A DNA stretch of 64,000 nt, taken from the IMG/VR virus record IMGVR_UViG_3300044617_002354, one strand, 5' to 3'. The notes under the pieces were generated by a model that saw only the letters and a program-made list of their open reading frames with translations, ran no database searches and was not told the DNA's origin. A program made the translations under genes and the position numbers. Positions 8,607 through 19,006 of this stretch are shown here, one piece after another; the first letter of the stretch is position 1; the number at the start of each line of letters is the position of its first letter. The stretch is from an uncultured virus (IMG/VR IMGVR_UViG_3300044617_002354) (Duplodnaviria; Heunggongvirae; Uroviricota; Caudoviricetes).

Positions 8607-11600
8607 ATGAATAAACGGATTAGTCAGTTTTTAGTTGCAGAAACTTTAACAGAAGGAGATGCAATACCTATAGTTAACGATTTAGTTACTAAAAAAGTAC
8701 TTTTATCTTCAATCACCGACATACCGATTTCGTTTACAAAAAATAATTTTTTACCAGTTTCTGGTGGAATAATAGCGAATAATCTTCAAATAAATGGAGA
8801 ATTAATTGTAAAAAATAATACAATTTTTGAAAAAAATTTAACTACAGTAACTCTTATCTCTACTAGAGATCATAAAACTTCTGCACATTGGAACGATACC
8901 AACACTATTGTAAGAGCAAATTCTGCAGCTTGGAGTACAGGTGGTACATTCGTGCAAAATAATTCAGCAAAATGGAATGATGTTTACACCACTGTTTATA
9001 CCAATTCGTCAAAATGGGAATCAGCATACGATATTTTAGAAGCTAATGCTTATGATTGGAGTAACGCACTAAAGGGTACAGGTATAGTTGGTTACATACC
9101 AAAATTTTTAGATACAAACGAAATAGGTAACAGTGTTATTTATGAAAGCATCGCGGGTAATGTAGGTATTAGTATAGCGAACCCGATTGATGATGCAAAA
9201 TTAACTGTAAACGGTAAAATAAAAGGGTTAAAAGATTTAGAAATTCTTGGATTTTCAACACTTTCTAGTGCGTGGTTTAAAGGAGGGGTTAGAATAGATG
9301 GAGCGTTAAGCGCTTTAGGTGGAACAGTAAATATTAATACCACGGTATCTGAAACATCTTCTTTAAATATCTATAATACAGGGGTAGGTCCAGCGCTTAG
9401 AGTTACTCAAATAGGTGCTTTTGATGTTGCTAATTTTTCTGATGAATATGGTACAATCTTATGTGTTACAGATAAGAGCAATGTCGGTATAGGTAGCTGT
9501 AATACGGACCCTACCGTAAAATTAGATGTTTTTGGACCTATAAAAGCCAGTAACACTGTAATAAGAGATTGGTTTAACCCAGGGAATACAGATATCAATA
9601 ACATAAAACCTGGAACAACCTCGTCTTCAACATTCGGTACAATAATAGAAGGATATCCGAACGGGCATTTTGTGTTAGGGTTAAGAAGTAACGACCAGCA
9701 AGACGGTTTTTGCGTTATTAGTAAGAGTGCTTTCGGTTTAACTTACGATAAAAACTGCTTTACAGTTCTTAATAACGGTAATGTAGGTATCGGGGAAAGA
9801 AACCCATCTCGTAATTTACACGTTGTTGGTTCGTATCTTCAGACCATTAACGCTAACGGTGATTATATAGTAAACATACAAGACGGTAGTGGTAGAGTGA
9901 ACCATTACTGGAATACAACAGGTACAACTACACCTACATTTAGAAAAGGGGGAGAGTCAGCTACTAGGTGGTTAATGGGTGGACAAGATCAAGATCCATT
10001 TGAAGTATATATCAGTCAAGATGGTATTTCAGCTGCAGCTGGTGATCTAATTACCTGGATAAAGCTTTTTACAATAAATAGAGCTACTCAATACGTTGGT
10101 ATAGGGGTTGATGTACCGTTACGTCATTTGCATGTTGTAAATAGAGTAGCTGGTTCTACGGAGTTAATACTCGAACAATCTGAAGCAAAATCAAATTATA
10201 AAAAATGGAATTTTGTAGTAGATGGGGGTAGTAGTACCTCAGGTTCAGGCGTTGGGTCGAGATTCTATATACGCCAGCTTAACGACCTTGGTACCGGTGG
10301 TAACATACCATTTTTTATAGCGTCTGATGGTAATATAGGTATTAATAATGAATTTCTTCCTGCTGTAGCTTTAGATGTTTCTGGTAATATAAAGCTTGGA
10401 CAGAGAATAACAATGGGGAAGAATATGTCGACAGAAGATGTACATATAGAGATAGGCTCTCATCGTACAGGTTCTGGTAATTCATACCTCGATTTGCACT
10501 CTACGAGCGGGGTTGATTTTAGTAGTCGGTTTTGGAGAGAAGCTGGGGTTAATGGAATGCTGCATTTAATTAACAAAGGCACAGGGGTATTAAACATAAC
10601 TCAAGAAAATTCAAGCTCTATTTATTTCAAAACACAAAACAATGTGCGTGTCGAGATAGATTCCCAGGGTAGAGTCGGTATCGGGACAGATGTTACAAAG
10701 ACAATAGCAGAAAAACTAGAAGTTAAAGGTAATATATTAGTCGGTGATAGTAATACGCTTAACTATATACGGTTTACCGGGGTTTCAGGAGATGGTGGAG
10801 ATGGAGGAGATAGTAATCATACGGTTATCGCTGAACGATTGTATAGTGGGGTCGATAAATCTGAGCTCTTATTAGCAAAAGGTAATGATCCCGGAACCGG
10901 GACCGTGGGACCGGATAGAATACGTTTGTTATCTGGTTCTATTGCTTTTGATACTATTACAAGCATACCCTGGGGGCCCAATGGCGAAGGTATATCTCTT
11001 TCAGATTTAATAGAATCTGGTGACACCAAAATGTATATACATAACAACGGCAACGTTGGTATAGGAGATGCATTTCCGACAAATAACCCAATTACACAAT
11101 TACATATCAATAAGAGCGGTTACGGGTCTATAATGTTAGGTAATAACGCCACAACAGGGTTTCATATTACAAAAGAAACAACAGATAATTCTTTTAATAT
11201 CTGGACCGGTGTTTTTTCAACAAGCACAAATAGGCTTAAAATTACAAATGCAGGGCTTGTTGGAATAGGTACAGGTGCAAATAACCCACAAACAAGATTA
11301 CACGTAAACTCCACTCAAAATTACCTAGCTAACGTACCTGCCGCTGGTGCAACTCCAGCTAATATCAACATGCTCGGTAATTACCCTCCTTTAGGGGAAG
11401 TAAATGCATTTAGTGCTATATTTCAAGGACCTGGCAGTGATACAGGCGGTATATTGATTATAACAGGCGATAATAATGATGATGAAAAGGCTATAGATGT
11501 ATGGAGTGAAGATGCAAATAAAACAATATTTAGAGTAAAAGCTAAATCTGGTAACACGATGATTGGTGGTTCAACTACCATGAATGGAGATTTAGATCTT

Positions 11601-11945
11601 ACAAATAACGATCTTAAAAGATATAAAGTAATCGTTCACAATAAAACTGTTACTGTACATACAGATGAATACACGTTACAAGATAGTGATACAGGGAGTG
11701 TGATTTACGTAAGACCTGGTGCAGCTTCAAACTATATTATCTACGTACCTGCAACTTTACCTATCGGTTTTAACGTTATGATTGTGAATGGTAGCACGAG
11801 AAGTGTTTCTATTCAACCAGTAGCGGGTAGCGGGGTATCTATTCTTAATGCTTATAATAAAATTTCAGTTGGCGTGCAAAACGGTATTTGTAATTTTATT
11901 ATGATTGATACTAACAAAGCTTTAATATCTGGAGATTTAAGTTAA
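8607..11945 (+). CDS. long tail fibre-like protein
   Basis: 1112 aa; NSAxW repeats; multiple GNVGIG..P...LxV repeats; late promoter upstream. Confidence 0.75.
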   Translation: MNKRISQFLVAETLTEGDAIPIVNDLVTKKVLLSSITDIPISFTKNNFLPVSGGIIANNLQINGELIVKNNTIFEKNLTTVTLISTRDHKTSAHWNDTNTIVRANSAAWSTGGTFVQNNSAKWNDVYTTVYTNSSKWESAYDILEANAYDWSNALKGTGIVGYIPKFLDTNEIGNSVIYESIAGNVGISIANPIDDAKLTVNGKIKGLKDLEILGFSTLSSAWFKGGVRIDGALSALGGTVNINTTVSETSSLNIYNTGVGPALRVTQIGAFDVANFSDEYGTILCVTDKSNVGIGSCNTDPTVKLDVFGPIKASNTVIRDWFNPGNTDINNIKPGTTSSSTFGTIIEGYPNGHFVLGLRSNDQQDGFCVISKSAFGLTYDKNCFTVLNNGNVGIGERNPSRNLHVVGSYLQTINANGDYIVNIQDGSGRVNHYWNTTGTTTPTFRKGGESATRWLMGGQDQDPFEVYISQDGISAAAGDLITWIKLFTINRATQYVGIGVDVPLRHLHVVNRVAGSTELILEQSEAKSNYKKWNFVVDGGSSTSGSGVGSRFYIRQLNDLGTGGNIPFFIASDGNIGINNEFLPAVALDVSGNIKLGQRITMGKNMSTEDVHIEIGSHRTGSGNSYLDLHSTSGVDFSSRFWREAGVNGMLHLINKGTGVLNITQENSSSIYFKTQNNVRVEIDSQGRVGIGTDVTKTIAEKLEVKGNILVGDSNTLNYIRFTGVSGDGGDGGDSNHTVIAERLYSGVDKSELLLAKGNDPGTGTVGPDRIRLLSGSIAFDTITSIPWGPNGEGISLSDLIESGDTKMYIHNNGNVGIGDAFPTNNPITQLHINKSGYGSIMLGNNATTGFHITKETTDNSFNIWTGVFSTSTNRLKITNAGLVGIGTGANNPQTRLHVNSTQNYLANVPAAGATPANINMLGNYPPLGEVNAFSAIFQGPGSDTGGILIITGDNNDDEKAIDVWSEDANKTIFRVKAKSGNTMIGGSTTMNGDLDLTNNDLKRYKVIVHNKTVTVHTDEYTLQDSDTGSVIYVRPGAASNYIIYVPATLPIGFNVMIVNGSTRSVSIQPVAGSGVSILNAYNKISVGVQNGICNFIMIDTNKALISGDLS

Positions 11946-11950
11946 AAGTT

Positions 11951-13837
11951 ATGTTTGGGTTACCGATTTTTAGATCTGGTACAAAAGTAGGCGCTGATAG
12001 ACCAGATGAATGCCCGGATGATAGCGGTTATGGTACAAAATGTAACCCGTACGTTAGACCGACTCTTAAATCAGCACTTCGATTAGCGCAGATGGTATTT
12101 AATCACTATAGTATAATAATTTCAGCTGACTGGAAGAATTTAAGAGCTTGGGGTGGGTGTTCAAGTGCTGGCAAAACAGCCACTGATGATACGAATGTCC
12201 CGCAGACTTCTTTAATACATTGGGATGTATCAACAAAGCCCGAATCTATAATAAAAATATTTTCTAATGGCAATAAAGGTGGGTGGGGTGACGGGTTCAC
12301 TATTTTCAGAACTGAAGAAAAAAATTTGTACGGTACTGGTAACTTATCAAACGGTATTTTAGGTCGCACGGATGTCGAGAAAGGGTATAGAGTAGTTGCA
12401 AGAAATGTTATTGATTTTTGTGTTGGTGGTGGAGAATTTTTACTCTATGTTACCGATGGCGGGAAAGTGTATGGTTTAGGTGAAAATTTAGTTGCAGGTT
12501 ACGGCTTTTCTGCAGCAAATAGAAGAGCTTTAACAGTAAATAATCAAACTACGGATACAAATTACTTAGGTATTAATAACGCTGTAAAAGTGTTTTGCAC
12601 AAACCCTGATGGTTTTAGTAAGTCTTTTGCTTTATTAAACGATGGTACCGTGAAAGCTTGTGGATATAACACCCATGGGTGTTTAGGGGTAGGGTCTGCG
12701 AGTAATATAGTTTATAATTGGGATTTCGTTAAAACTTACGACGGAGGGGGTAATTTAATTAATTTAACAAAAGTTAAAGATATTGTCACTACAAATTTTG
12801 TTGCTCCTTATGGCGCGAACTCTGAAACCGCTGAAACATGGGCAGGAGGTAATCCAAGTAGTGCTATGGCAACATATTTTTTAACTGAAGATGGAAATGT
12901 GTATACTTGTGGAAGTAATAACTGGGGTCAACTAGGTTTAGGTATTGCAACAAATCAAACTAGAAACGTTGCTACAAAGACTTCTATTACCGGAGGATCG
13001 CTTATGTGTACCACAGCAGGTGGTACAAGCATATTGGTTACAACACTATCCGATGAAGTATATACTTGGGGTAATAATCAATTTGGTCAACTCGGTCACG
13101 GGGATAAAGTATTTAAGACTACACCAACACGTGCAAATTTTCCGGCTAAAAAAATAAAAATGGTGCATGGAGGCGGAATGTATGGTTGTATAAATGGAGC
13201 GTTTTTAGTTGTATGTGAAGATGGTACATTATACGGTGCAGGGTTTAATCAAACGTTTGCATTAGGTGTAACAAATAATGGTACACCAAACCCGGGCCCG
13301 ATTACGACGTTTACCCGTAACGAGTATTTTGGAGAAAACCCGCCACAGCCAGATGACCCTCAGCGCTACCCTATAACCATTAGCGGGGGGTTTACAATAG
13401 TAAGCGGTAATCAAAGAGTTGATTATATAAACGACTTTCAAAATAAATCAGTTCGCACAAAGAGCGGTAATACTATTGAAAAAGTATATTTTAGAGAAGG
13501 AATGAGAGTTGAGGGACCCGGGATTCCACCACTAACATATATAGCTTACATTGATCGTACGAAAAAATATTTTATACTGACAAATCCAGCTACCGGCTCA
13601 CACACAAATGCAACTTTAACATTTGTTAATATTATTAAAGTCTATCAAGCTGATTTATGCGGTTACGGTACCGAAATGGCACAAAAAGTTGTCGCTGAGG
13701 ACGGCACGCTGTATATGAGTGGTTGGAATCAAAGACTTCACGTACACCCGGTACACGGTCGACTTTGGAATTTTAACTATTACTATGGTAGTCAAAATGT
13801 TGATAACCCAATATTTTTTGATGCAAATTTTGCATAG
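11951..13837 (+). CDS. RCC1-repeat protein, candidate fibre tip/adhesin
   Basis: ACGYNTHGCLG, TCGSNNWGQLG, TWGNNQFGQLG, GAGFNQTFALG. Confidence 0.8.
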   Translation: MFGLPIFRSGTKVGADRPDECPDDSGYGTKCNPYVRPTLKSALRLAQMVFNHYSIIISADWKNLRAWGGCSSAGKTATDDTNVPQTSLIHWDVSTKPESIIKIFSNGNKGGWGDGFTIFRTEEKNLYGTGNLSNGILGRTDVEKGYRVVARNVIDFCVGGGEFLLYVTDGGKVYGLGENLVAGYGFSAANRRALTVNNQTTDTNYLGINNAVKVFCTNPDGFSKSFALLNDGTVKACGYNTHGCLGVGSASNIVYNWDFVKTYDGGGNLINLTKVKDIVTTNFVAPYGANSETAETWAGGNPSSAMATYFLTEDGNVYTCGSNNWGQLGLGIATNQTRNVATKTSITGGSLMCTTAGGTSILVTTLSDEVYTWGNNQFGQLGHGDKVFKTTPTRANFPAKKIKMVHGGGMYGCINGAFLVVCEDGTLYGAGFNQTFALGVTNNGTPNPGPITTFTRNEYFGENPPQPDDPQRYPITISGGFTIVSGNQRVDYINDFQNKSVRTKSGNTIEKVYFREGMRVEGPGIPPLTYIAYIDRTKKYFILTNPATGSHTNATLTFVNIIKVYQADLCGYGTEMAQKVVAEDGTLYMSGWNQRLHVHPVHGRLWNFNYYYGSQNVDNPIFFDANFA

Positions 13838-13877
13838 GTGTTGCAAAATAAACACACTTTAAATAAATAAAAACATT

Positions 13878-14045
13878 ATGAATATTCAGTTAAATCTATC
13901 AGTCGATGAAGTCAATGCGGTTTTACAGGTTCTAGGCCAGTTACCAACGAGTAGTGGTGCTTTTCCGCTTTTAATGAAAATTAAAGGGCAAGCTGAGACT
14001 CAAGTACCACCTACAACCACAGAAACTTCTCAAGAACAAAAATAA
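13878..14045 (+). CDS. small hypothetical protein (55 aa)
   Basis: Manual ORF MNIQLNLSVDEVNAVLQVLGQLPTSSGAFPLLMKIKGQAE...; AATAAATA at 13862; fills the intergenic gap. Confidence 0.7.
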   Translation: MNIQLNLSVDEVNAVLQVLGQLPTSSGAFPLLMKIKGQAETQVPPTTTETSQEQK

Positions 14046-14082
14046 AAAAAAATTATTTTTTTAGCATAAGTATTAAAGTACT

Positions 14083-16995
14083 ATGCTAACACCGGAAAAA
14101 CAGGCTAGGCTTAATAGCTTTTTTACATACGCTTCGAGAATTGCCAATGTAAACGTAAATCTTGAAAAAACCCACGACCGCTACAATCTTGATATTGAAG
14201 TAGCTAATTCTATTAAGCCTCTGTCTATTGAGAGACTTAATCTTGTACAAGATATTCTTAGTTTTTCTGATATCTTTGATTTTATTAAGATTAAAGTACC
14301 TACAGAACCACTTCAATTCTTTATAAACACACCTGGTACTACAGTTACAGTAATACCTACTGAACAGTATACGTTTATTGTTAATGAAACAGTTCCTAAT
14401 TTTCTTTTAGAGGTCGGTAATTTACAGCCAATTACTTTAACTAATAACTTTAATGCTGGTAATTTTTCTGATTGTAACTTAGGAATAACTGTAAATTCAG
14501 ATGTTTCAGCTTCTAAATCCCAAGTTTATGTTACCGATAGCGTGGATCTATCTACTGTAAAAGGTGATTTATTTACTTTCTACTATCTGAATACAGGTTC
14601 TTTAATTCTAGGATTTTCACCAAAATCTAAACCATTAACAACCCCAGGGCCGGTGCAAACACCAACACCTACTTCAACAGAAGGAGCTACACCAACACCA
14701 ACACCAACACCTACTTCAACAGAAGGAGCTACACCAACACCAACACCTACTTCAACAGAAGGAGCTACACCAACACCAACACCAACACCTACTTCAACAG
14801 AAGGAGCTACACCAACACCAACACCAACACCTACTTCAACAGAAGGAGCTACACCAACACCAACACCAACACCTACTTCAACTTTAGTACCTATAAACTA
14901 CATACCTATTGCTTCAGATACCGCGGTTAATTACATATCATCTCCCTGGGTGAACGGGTCAAATCTTGGTTACGGGTTTAACTCGTGGAATTTTACTATA
15001 AACCAACCACCTGGTTCGTTTGTCGGTACATTTATTGGTAACCCAGCGGACGCAGGAATACAAGGGTTAGGTACTAGTGCATACGCTTTCGGGGTTTATG
15101 CAAACCCGAACAATACAAACGCTTCTGTTACTGTTGAAAGACCGTTTAAAGAAGTATTAAAAGTAGGGGATGTTTTTACCGTTAGTCTTGGGTTAAATTG
15201 GGATTCTAACTATCAAGATTCTTTTAGAGGTGTTGAATTATACAGTAACACGACACCAATACTAGAAATATACGGTTCAAATAATGATAATATTTATATT
15301 AATAACAATATAGGTACAGACATAGTAATGTTTGATAACTATGGTCCTAATGCAATGCATTTGGTGTTTAAGCTTATAAGCAGCACAACAATGCTAGTAT
15401 CCGGTGTCGGTAGAAATGGCGTTGAAGTTTTTAATCAAACAATTAGTATAACTGAACCTCCTAATAAAGTTTCATTTTATTTTCAAAAAACCGATAATGA
15501 AGTACGTAGACAGCTTTATTTCGATAATTTAAATATTACAAGTAATATAGCACCTTCCTGGAATCAAACAGTTTGTGTAAACACAAACAATACGTCTATT
15601 GCAGGAGAATATACGTATAATAACACTTTTGAAAACAGCAGACCGTACTGGGAGCAGGGAGCGGGGAAAGTTGTATACCAAGATCATTCAGGTGGTATGA
15701 GGTGGGTTGTTAGACGTGGAGACGGTTCCGTTGAAGCCTTTACCCCGATAACTAATGCATATTTACCATGGTATATGTCAGCCTGGTCTCCTGTGGGCAC
15801 GATAGTGAGTGAAGGTATCTGCCCGACACCTACACCTACTCCAACTCCAACAGAAACTCCTACAGAGACTCCAACACCAACACCAACCCCCGAAACACCT
15901 ACTCCAACTCCAACAGAAACTCCAACAGAGACACCTACTCCAACTCCAACAGAAACTCCTACAGAGACACCTACTCCAACTCCAACTCCCGAAACACCTA
16001 CACCAACTCCTACAGAGACACCTACAGAGACACCTACTCCAACTCCAACAGAAACTCCTACAGAGACACCTACTCCAACTCCTACAGAGACACCTACTCC
16101 AACTCCAACAGAAACTCCAACGGAAACTCCAACCCCTACACCGACTATAACGGAAAATATAGCTCCTACACCAACCCCTACAGAGACACCTACAGAGACT
16201 CCAACTCCAACTCCAACCCCAACCCCCGAAACACCTACTCCGACTCCAACAGAAACCCCTACAGAGACACCTACTCCAACTCCAACCCCAACCCCCGAAA
16301 CACCTACTCCGACTCCAACAGAAACCCCTACAGAGACACCTACTCCAACTCCAACCCCAGTGAGTAACACCGGTCAATTCGGAGAGGATAATGCTTCAAA
16401 TGCACCATACGATAATGGTAGTATTGATACAGGGGATAATGGCGGCACGGGGTTTGCAGCGTGGTCTGTTAGTGCCGGTGGTACAGCAGGAAGCTACATA
16501 AACAGTAGTACAAGTCAGGGATTTGGAGATATCAATACAAATAACGAATCTTGGGGCGCGTATGCTGTTAATGGAGCGAATGCCGTTTTTACTAGAAACC
16601 TTGCAAGCGCTTTAACACAAGGTAACGCACTTTCTGCAACAATAGCATCAGCTTGGAGGTCCGGTAATAAAGGTATTAATTTATTTGGCGGGCAAAACGG
16701 GGCTAATTTTTTAGTTAACTTTAAGATTGAAAACGATCAATATGTGTTTGACGGTAACTCGCTCGGGGGCGATATCGGGCAGTACTCCCAAGCTGCTATT
16801 TGGGATATTATTGCCAAACAAACTACCCCCACGAATGTTGAGATAACTCTTTTTAGACGAGATCGAAACTCTTCCACTACAACAAACAAAACAGGCTCGT
16901 TGCAGAGTTTAGGATTTTACATAGAAAACGCACCAAACAGTGGAAATGATCTTCAAAATCTTAGATTCAACAATATAAAAATTTATCAGTATTAA
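14083..16995 (+). CDS. large Pro/Thr/Glu-rich (mucin-like) virion protein with a duplicated beta-rich domain
   Basis: TSTEGA and TPTE repeat tracts separate globular domains; CATAAGTA at 14065. Confidence 0.72.
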   Translation: MLTPEKQARLNSFFTYASRIANVNVNLEKTHDRYNLDIEVANSIKPLSIERLNLVQDILSFSDIFDFIKIKVPTEPLQFFINTPGTTVTVIPTEQYTFIVNETVPNFLLEVGNLQPITLTNNFNAGNFSDCNLGITVNSDVSASKSQVYVTDSVDLSTVKGDLFTFYYLNTGSLILGFSPKSKPLTTPGPVQTPTPTSTEGATPTPTPTPTSTEGATPTPTPTSTEGATPTPTPTPTSTEGATPTPTPTPTSTEGATPTPTPTPTSTLVPINYIPIASDTAVNYISSPWVNGSNLGYGFNSWNFTINQPPGSFVGTFIGNPADAGIQGLGTSAYAFGVYANPNNTNASVTVERPFKEVLKVGDVFTVSLGLNWDSNYQDSFRGVELYSNTTPILEIYGSNNDNIYINNNIGTDIVMFDNYGPNAMHLVFKLISSTTMLVSGVGRNGVEVFNQTISITEPPNKVSFYFQKTDNEVRRQLYFDNLNITSNIAPSWNQTVCVNTNNTSIAGEYTYNNTFENSRPYWEQGAGKVVYQDHSGGMRWVVRRGDGSVEAFTPITNAYLPWYMSAWSPVGTIVSEGICPTPTPTPTPTETPTETPTPTPTPETPTPTPTETPTETPTPTPTETPTETPTPTPTPETPTPTPTETPTETPTPTPTETPTETPTPTPTETPTPTPTETPTETPTPTPTITENIAPTPTPTETPTETPTPTPTPTPETPTPTPTETPTETPTPTPTPTPETPTPTPTETPTETPTPTPTPVSNTGQFGEDNASNAPYDNGSIDTGDNGGTGFAAWSVSAGGTAGSYINSSTSQGFGDINTNNESWGAYAVNGANAVFTRNLASALTQGNALSATIASAWRSGNKGINLFGGQNGANFLVNFKIENDQYVFDGNSLGGDIGQYSQAAIWDIIAKQTTPTNVEITLFRRDRNSSTTTNKTGSLQSLGFYIENAPNSGNDLQNLRFNNIKIYQY
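14659..14882 (+). repeat. near-identical coding tandem repeat, 42/36-bp units ([14 protein letters not shown] x5)
   Basis: acttcaacagaaggagctaca recurs at 14671, 14713, 14749, 14791 and 14833. Confidence 0.92.
15823..16360 (+). repeat. coding low-complexity TPTE/TPTP repeat tract (about 180 aa)
   Basis: Repeated acagagacacctactccaactcc-type units. Confidence 0.9.
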
Positions 16996-17001
16996 AATAA
17001 C

Positions 17002-17280
17002 ATGAAAAAAGTAGAAATATACGACCAATATCGCGCTGTTTACTCTGATCCGAATGATTCAACAACGTTAATTCATCCTCCAGAAGGATCTTCAATAACA
17101 GTCGGTGAAAATTTATTAGAAGAAGACGCTCTACAAATAGTCTCTCATTTTTATGAAACTTCCAAATTGCTAGGGACGTCGTATGTTGATGTAAATGTTG
17201 ATTTAGCAAAAGGTTATGCAGAGTTAAGAATTACATTTCTGGACGGTAAAATATTAACTCGTGTAATTTATATTGTTTAA
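17002..17280 (+). CDS. hypothetical protein
   Basis: 92-aa ORF in operon spacing after the mucin-like gene. Confidence 0.6.
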   Translation: MKKVEIYDQYRAVYSDPNDSTTLIHPPEGSSITVGENLLEEDALQIVSHFYETSKLLGTSYVDVNVDLAKGYAELRITFLDGKILTRVIYIV

Positions 17281-17288
17281 TTAAACTT

Positions 17289-17441
17289 ATGTCTAAGCGA
17301 CTTAATGCAAGTGAAAAGGATAAATTTGAGTTATGGCTCGGTCGTCATAATAGAAAACTTGAAATGGTTCGTACGGTTACTAATATTATCGGTTTATTTC
17401 TAACTGCTGGGGTTTTTTTAAAAGTTTTTAACATGATTTAA
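17289..17441 (+). CDS. small membrane protein (50 aa)
   Basis: Manual ORF MSKRLNASEKDKFELWLGRHNRKLEMVRTVTNIIGLFLTAGVFLKVFNMI with a hydrophobic C-terminus. Confidence 0.6.
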   Translation: MSKRLNASEKDKFELWLGRHNRKLEMVRTVTNIIGLFLTAGVFLKVFNMI

Positions 17442-17442
17442 G

Positions 17443-17470
17443 TTGAAATACTCTTTTAAAAGAGTATAAT
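17443..17470 (+). promoter_or_regulatory. sigma70-like promoter containing a perfect 20-bp palindrome
   Basis: TTGAAA-N16-TATAAT; atactcttttaaaagagtat at 17448-17467. Confidence 0.7.
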
Positions 17471-17477
17471 AATTTTC

Positions 17478-18359
17478 GTGAATGTGTTAATTCTTGGTAA
17501 AGGGTATATCGGTACGTACCTTTCGTCTTATTTACGTAATAGCGGGCATAAGGTGTTTCATTTTCCAAAGCATATTTTAGACTACACAAATCCAACTGTT
17601 TTCAAAAACTATCTTAAAAATACAGAGAAAGAAATTGATTGGGTTATTAATTGTTCTGGGTTTACCGGAACACCCAACGTAGATGGTTGTGAAGATTACA
17701 AAGAAGAGTGTTATTTTTACAATGTACTTGCTCCTCTGTATATGACTAAAGCAGCCAATGATGTAAACATTCCAATTATTCATATTGGTTCGGGATGTGT
17801 TTATTCTGGCTATGATAAAATTTATACGGAAAACGATGCTACTGATTTTGGAGTAGATAATCCAGATTCTTCATATTATTCTAAAACTAAAGATGCATTC
17901 GAAAAATTAAGCAAAGATATGAAAAGGTACATCTTTCGCATTAGAATTCCTTTTAACGGTGTTTATGAGCCAAAAAACTACCTTTATAAGATGCTGAAGT
18001 ATGACAATCTAATCACCAAACAAAATTCAATTACATGCGTTGACGATTTGCTTTTTTTTATTAAAAAGTTTATTATTAGTAAGCAAGATTCCATTTTTGA
18101 AAACACCGATGGAGTTTACAATGTGGTGAATAAAGGGTCGGTTGATGGTTGTGAAGTTGTTGACATGATGAGAGAGTATGGTATAGTGAACCCAAACTGG
18201 AAGTTTGTTACAAACAAAGAGATAAAATTTCGAGTAGCAAGAAGTAATTGTATTTTATCAACACAAAAAATTGAAAGTTTAGGGTTAGCCTTGCCTTCCG
18301 TAAAAGAGAGTTTAAATAAAGCTATACAGGAGTTTTCACAAAATATAGAAAGAAAATAA
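17478..18359 (+). CDS. NAD(P)-dependent sugar epimerase/reductase (RmlD-like, NDP-rhamnose synthesis)
   Basis: GKGYIG Rossmann motif, INCSGFTGTPNVDGCE, SGCVY, YSKTK (YxxxK). Confidence 0.85.
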   Translation: MNVLILGKGYIGTYLSSYLRNSGHKVFHFPKHILDYTNPTVFKNYLKNTEKEIDWVINCSGFTGTPNVDGCEDYKEECYFYNVLAPLYMTKAANDVNIPIIHIGSGCVYSGYDKIYTENDATDFGVDNPDSSYYSKTKDAFEKLSKDMKRYIFRIRIPFNGVYEPKNYLYKMLKYDNLITKQNSITCVDDLLFFIKKFIISKQDSIFENTDGVYNVVNKGSVDGCEVVDMMREYGIVNPNWKFVTNKEIKFRVARSNCILSTQKIESLGLALPSVKESLNKAIQEFSQNIERK

Positions 18360-18363
18360 AACA

Positions 18364-18966
18364 ATGGGCATGTTTGATAATATTATTGTAAAAAAGAAAT
18401 TACCTCTACCGAAAGAGCTTAAAGATTTAGATATTAATTGGAAAGAATATACGTTTCAAACTAAAAATTTAGAAAACTGCCTTTTAGATTATTATATTGA
18501 CCGCAATGGAGAATTATGGGAAAAGATAGTTGAAAGAAAATATATTTACTACACTGAAGAGGAAAAAAAGAAACTTAAACCAAAGAGTTGGGATTTATTT
18601 AAAGATGTAATAGAGACTGCAAAGGATCCAAAAAAAATTAATTACCACGGTACTATTAATTTTTATACGTACGAAGAATTAAATAAAGACGAGGATTTTT
18701 GGCTTGAGTATGAAGGTTATTTTATTTATGGAAAGTTAGATAAAGTTGAAATTAAAAAGTTTTATATCGAAGAAACACGAAAAAAATCTTTAAAAGAGTG
18801 GGAAGAATCTTATAAAAAGCAACAACAGCGCCCGTGGAATAGATTTAAACATTACGCATCTTATATAGGTTGGAGATGGTGTTGGAAAAAAATTAGTACC
18901 TGTCTTCATCGTTTATCTCGTGGTTTGTCTAATTTACAGATTTTAATAAGCAAATACATGCTTTAA
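18364..18966 (+). CDS. hypothetical phage protein
   Basis: MGMFD...FQTKNLENCL ORF, 200 aa. Confidence 0.6.
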   Translation: MGMFDNIIVKKKLPLPKELKDLDINWKEYTFQTKNLENCLLDYYIDRNGELWEKIVERKYIYYTEEEKKKLKPKSWDLFKDVIETAKDPKKINYHGTINFYTYEELNKDEDFWLEYEGYFIYGKLDKVEIKKFYIEETRKKSLKEWEESYKKQQQRPWNRFKHYASYIGWRWCWKKISTCLHRLSRGLSNLQILISKYML

Positions 18967-18971
18967 AACAG

Positions 18972-18999
18972 TTGAACAACTCTCATCTGTTACTATAAT
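18972..18999 (+). promoter_or_regulatory. sigma70-like promoter
   Basis: TTGAAC-N16-TATAAT, ending 7 nt before the ATG at 19007. Confidence 0.65.
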
Positions 19000-19006
19000 T
19001 TTTAAA

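Noticed and set aside
14659..16360. Regular repeats as a possible CRISPR array
   Set aside because: They are in-frame coding repeats without unique spacers, and no cas operon is present
15684..16377. Antisense and alternate-frame ORFs (VGVG-, WSWSR- and LQ-rich), also 4477..4809
   Set aside because: Shadows of the TP repeat tracts
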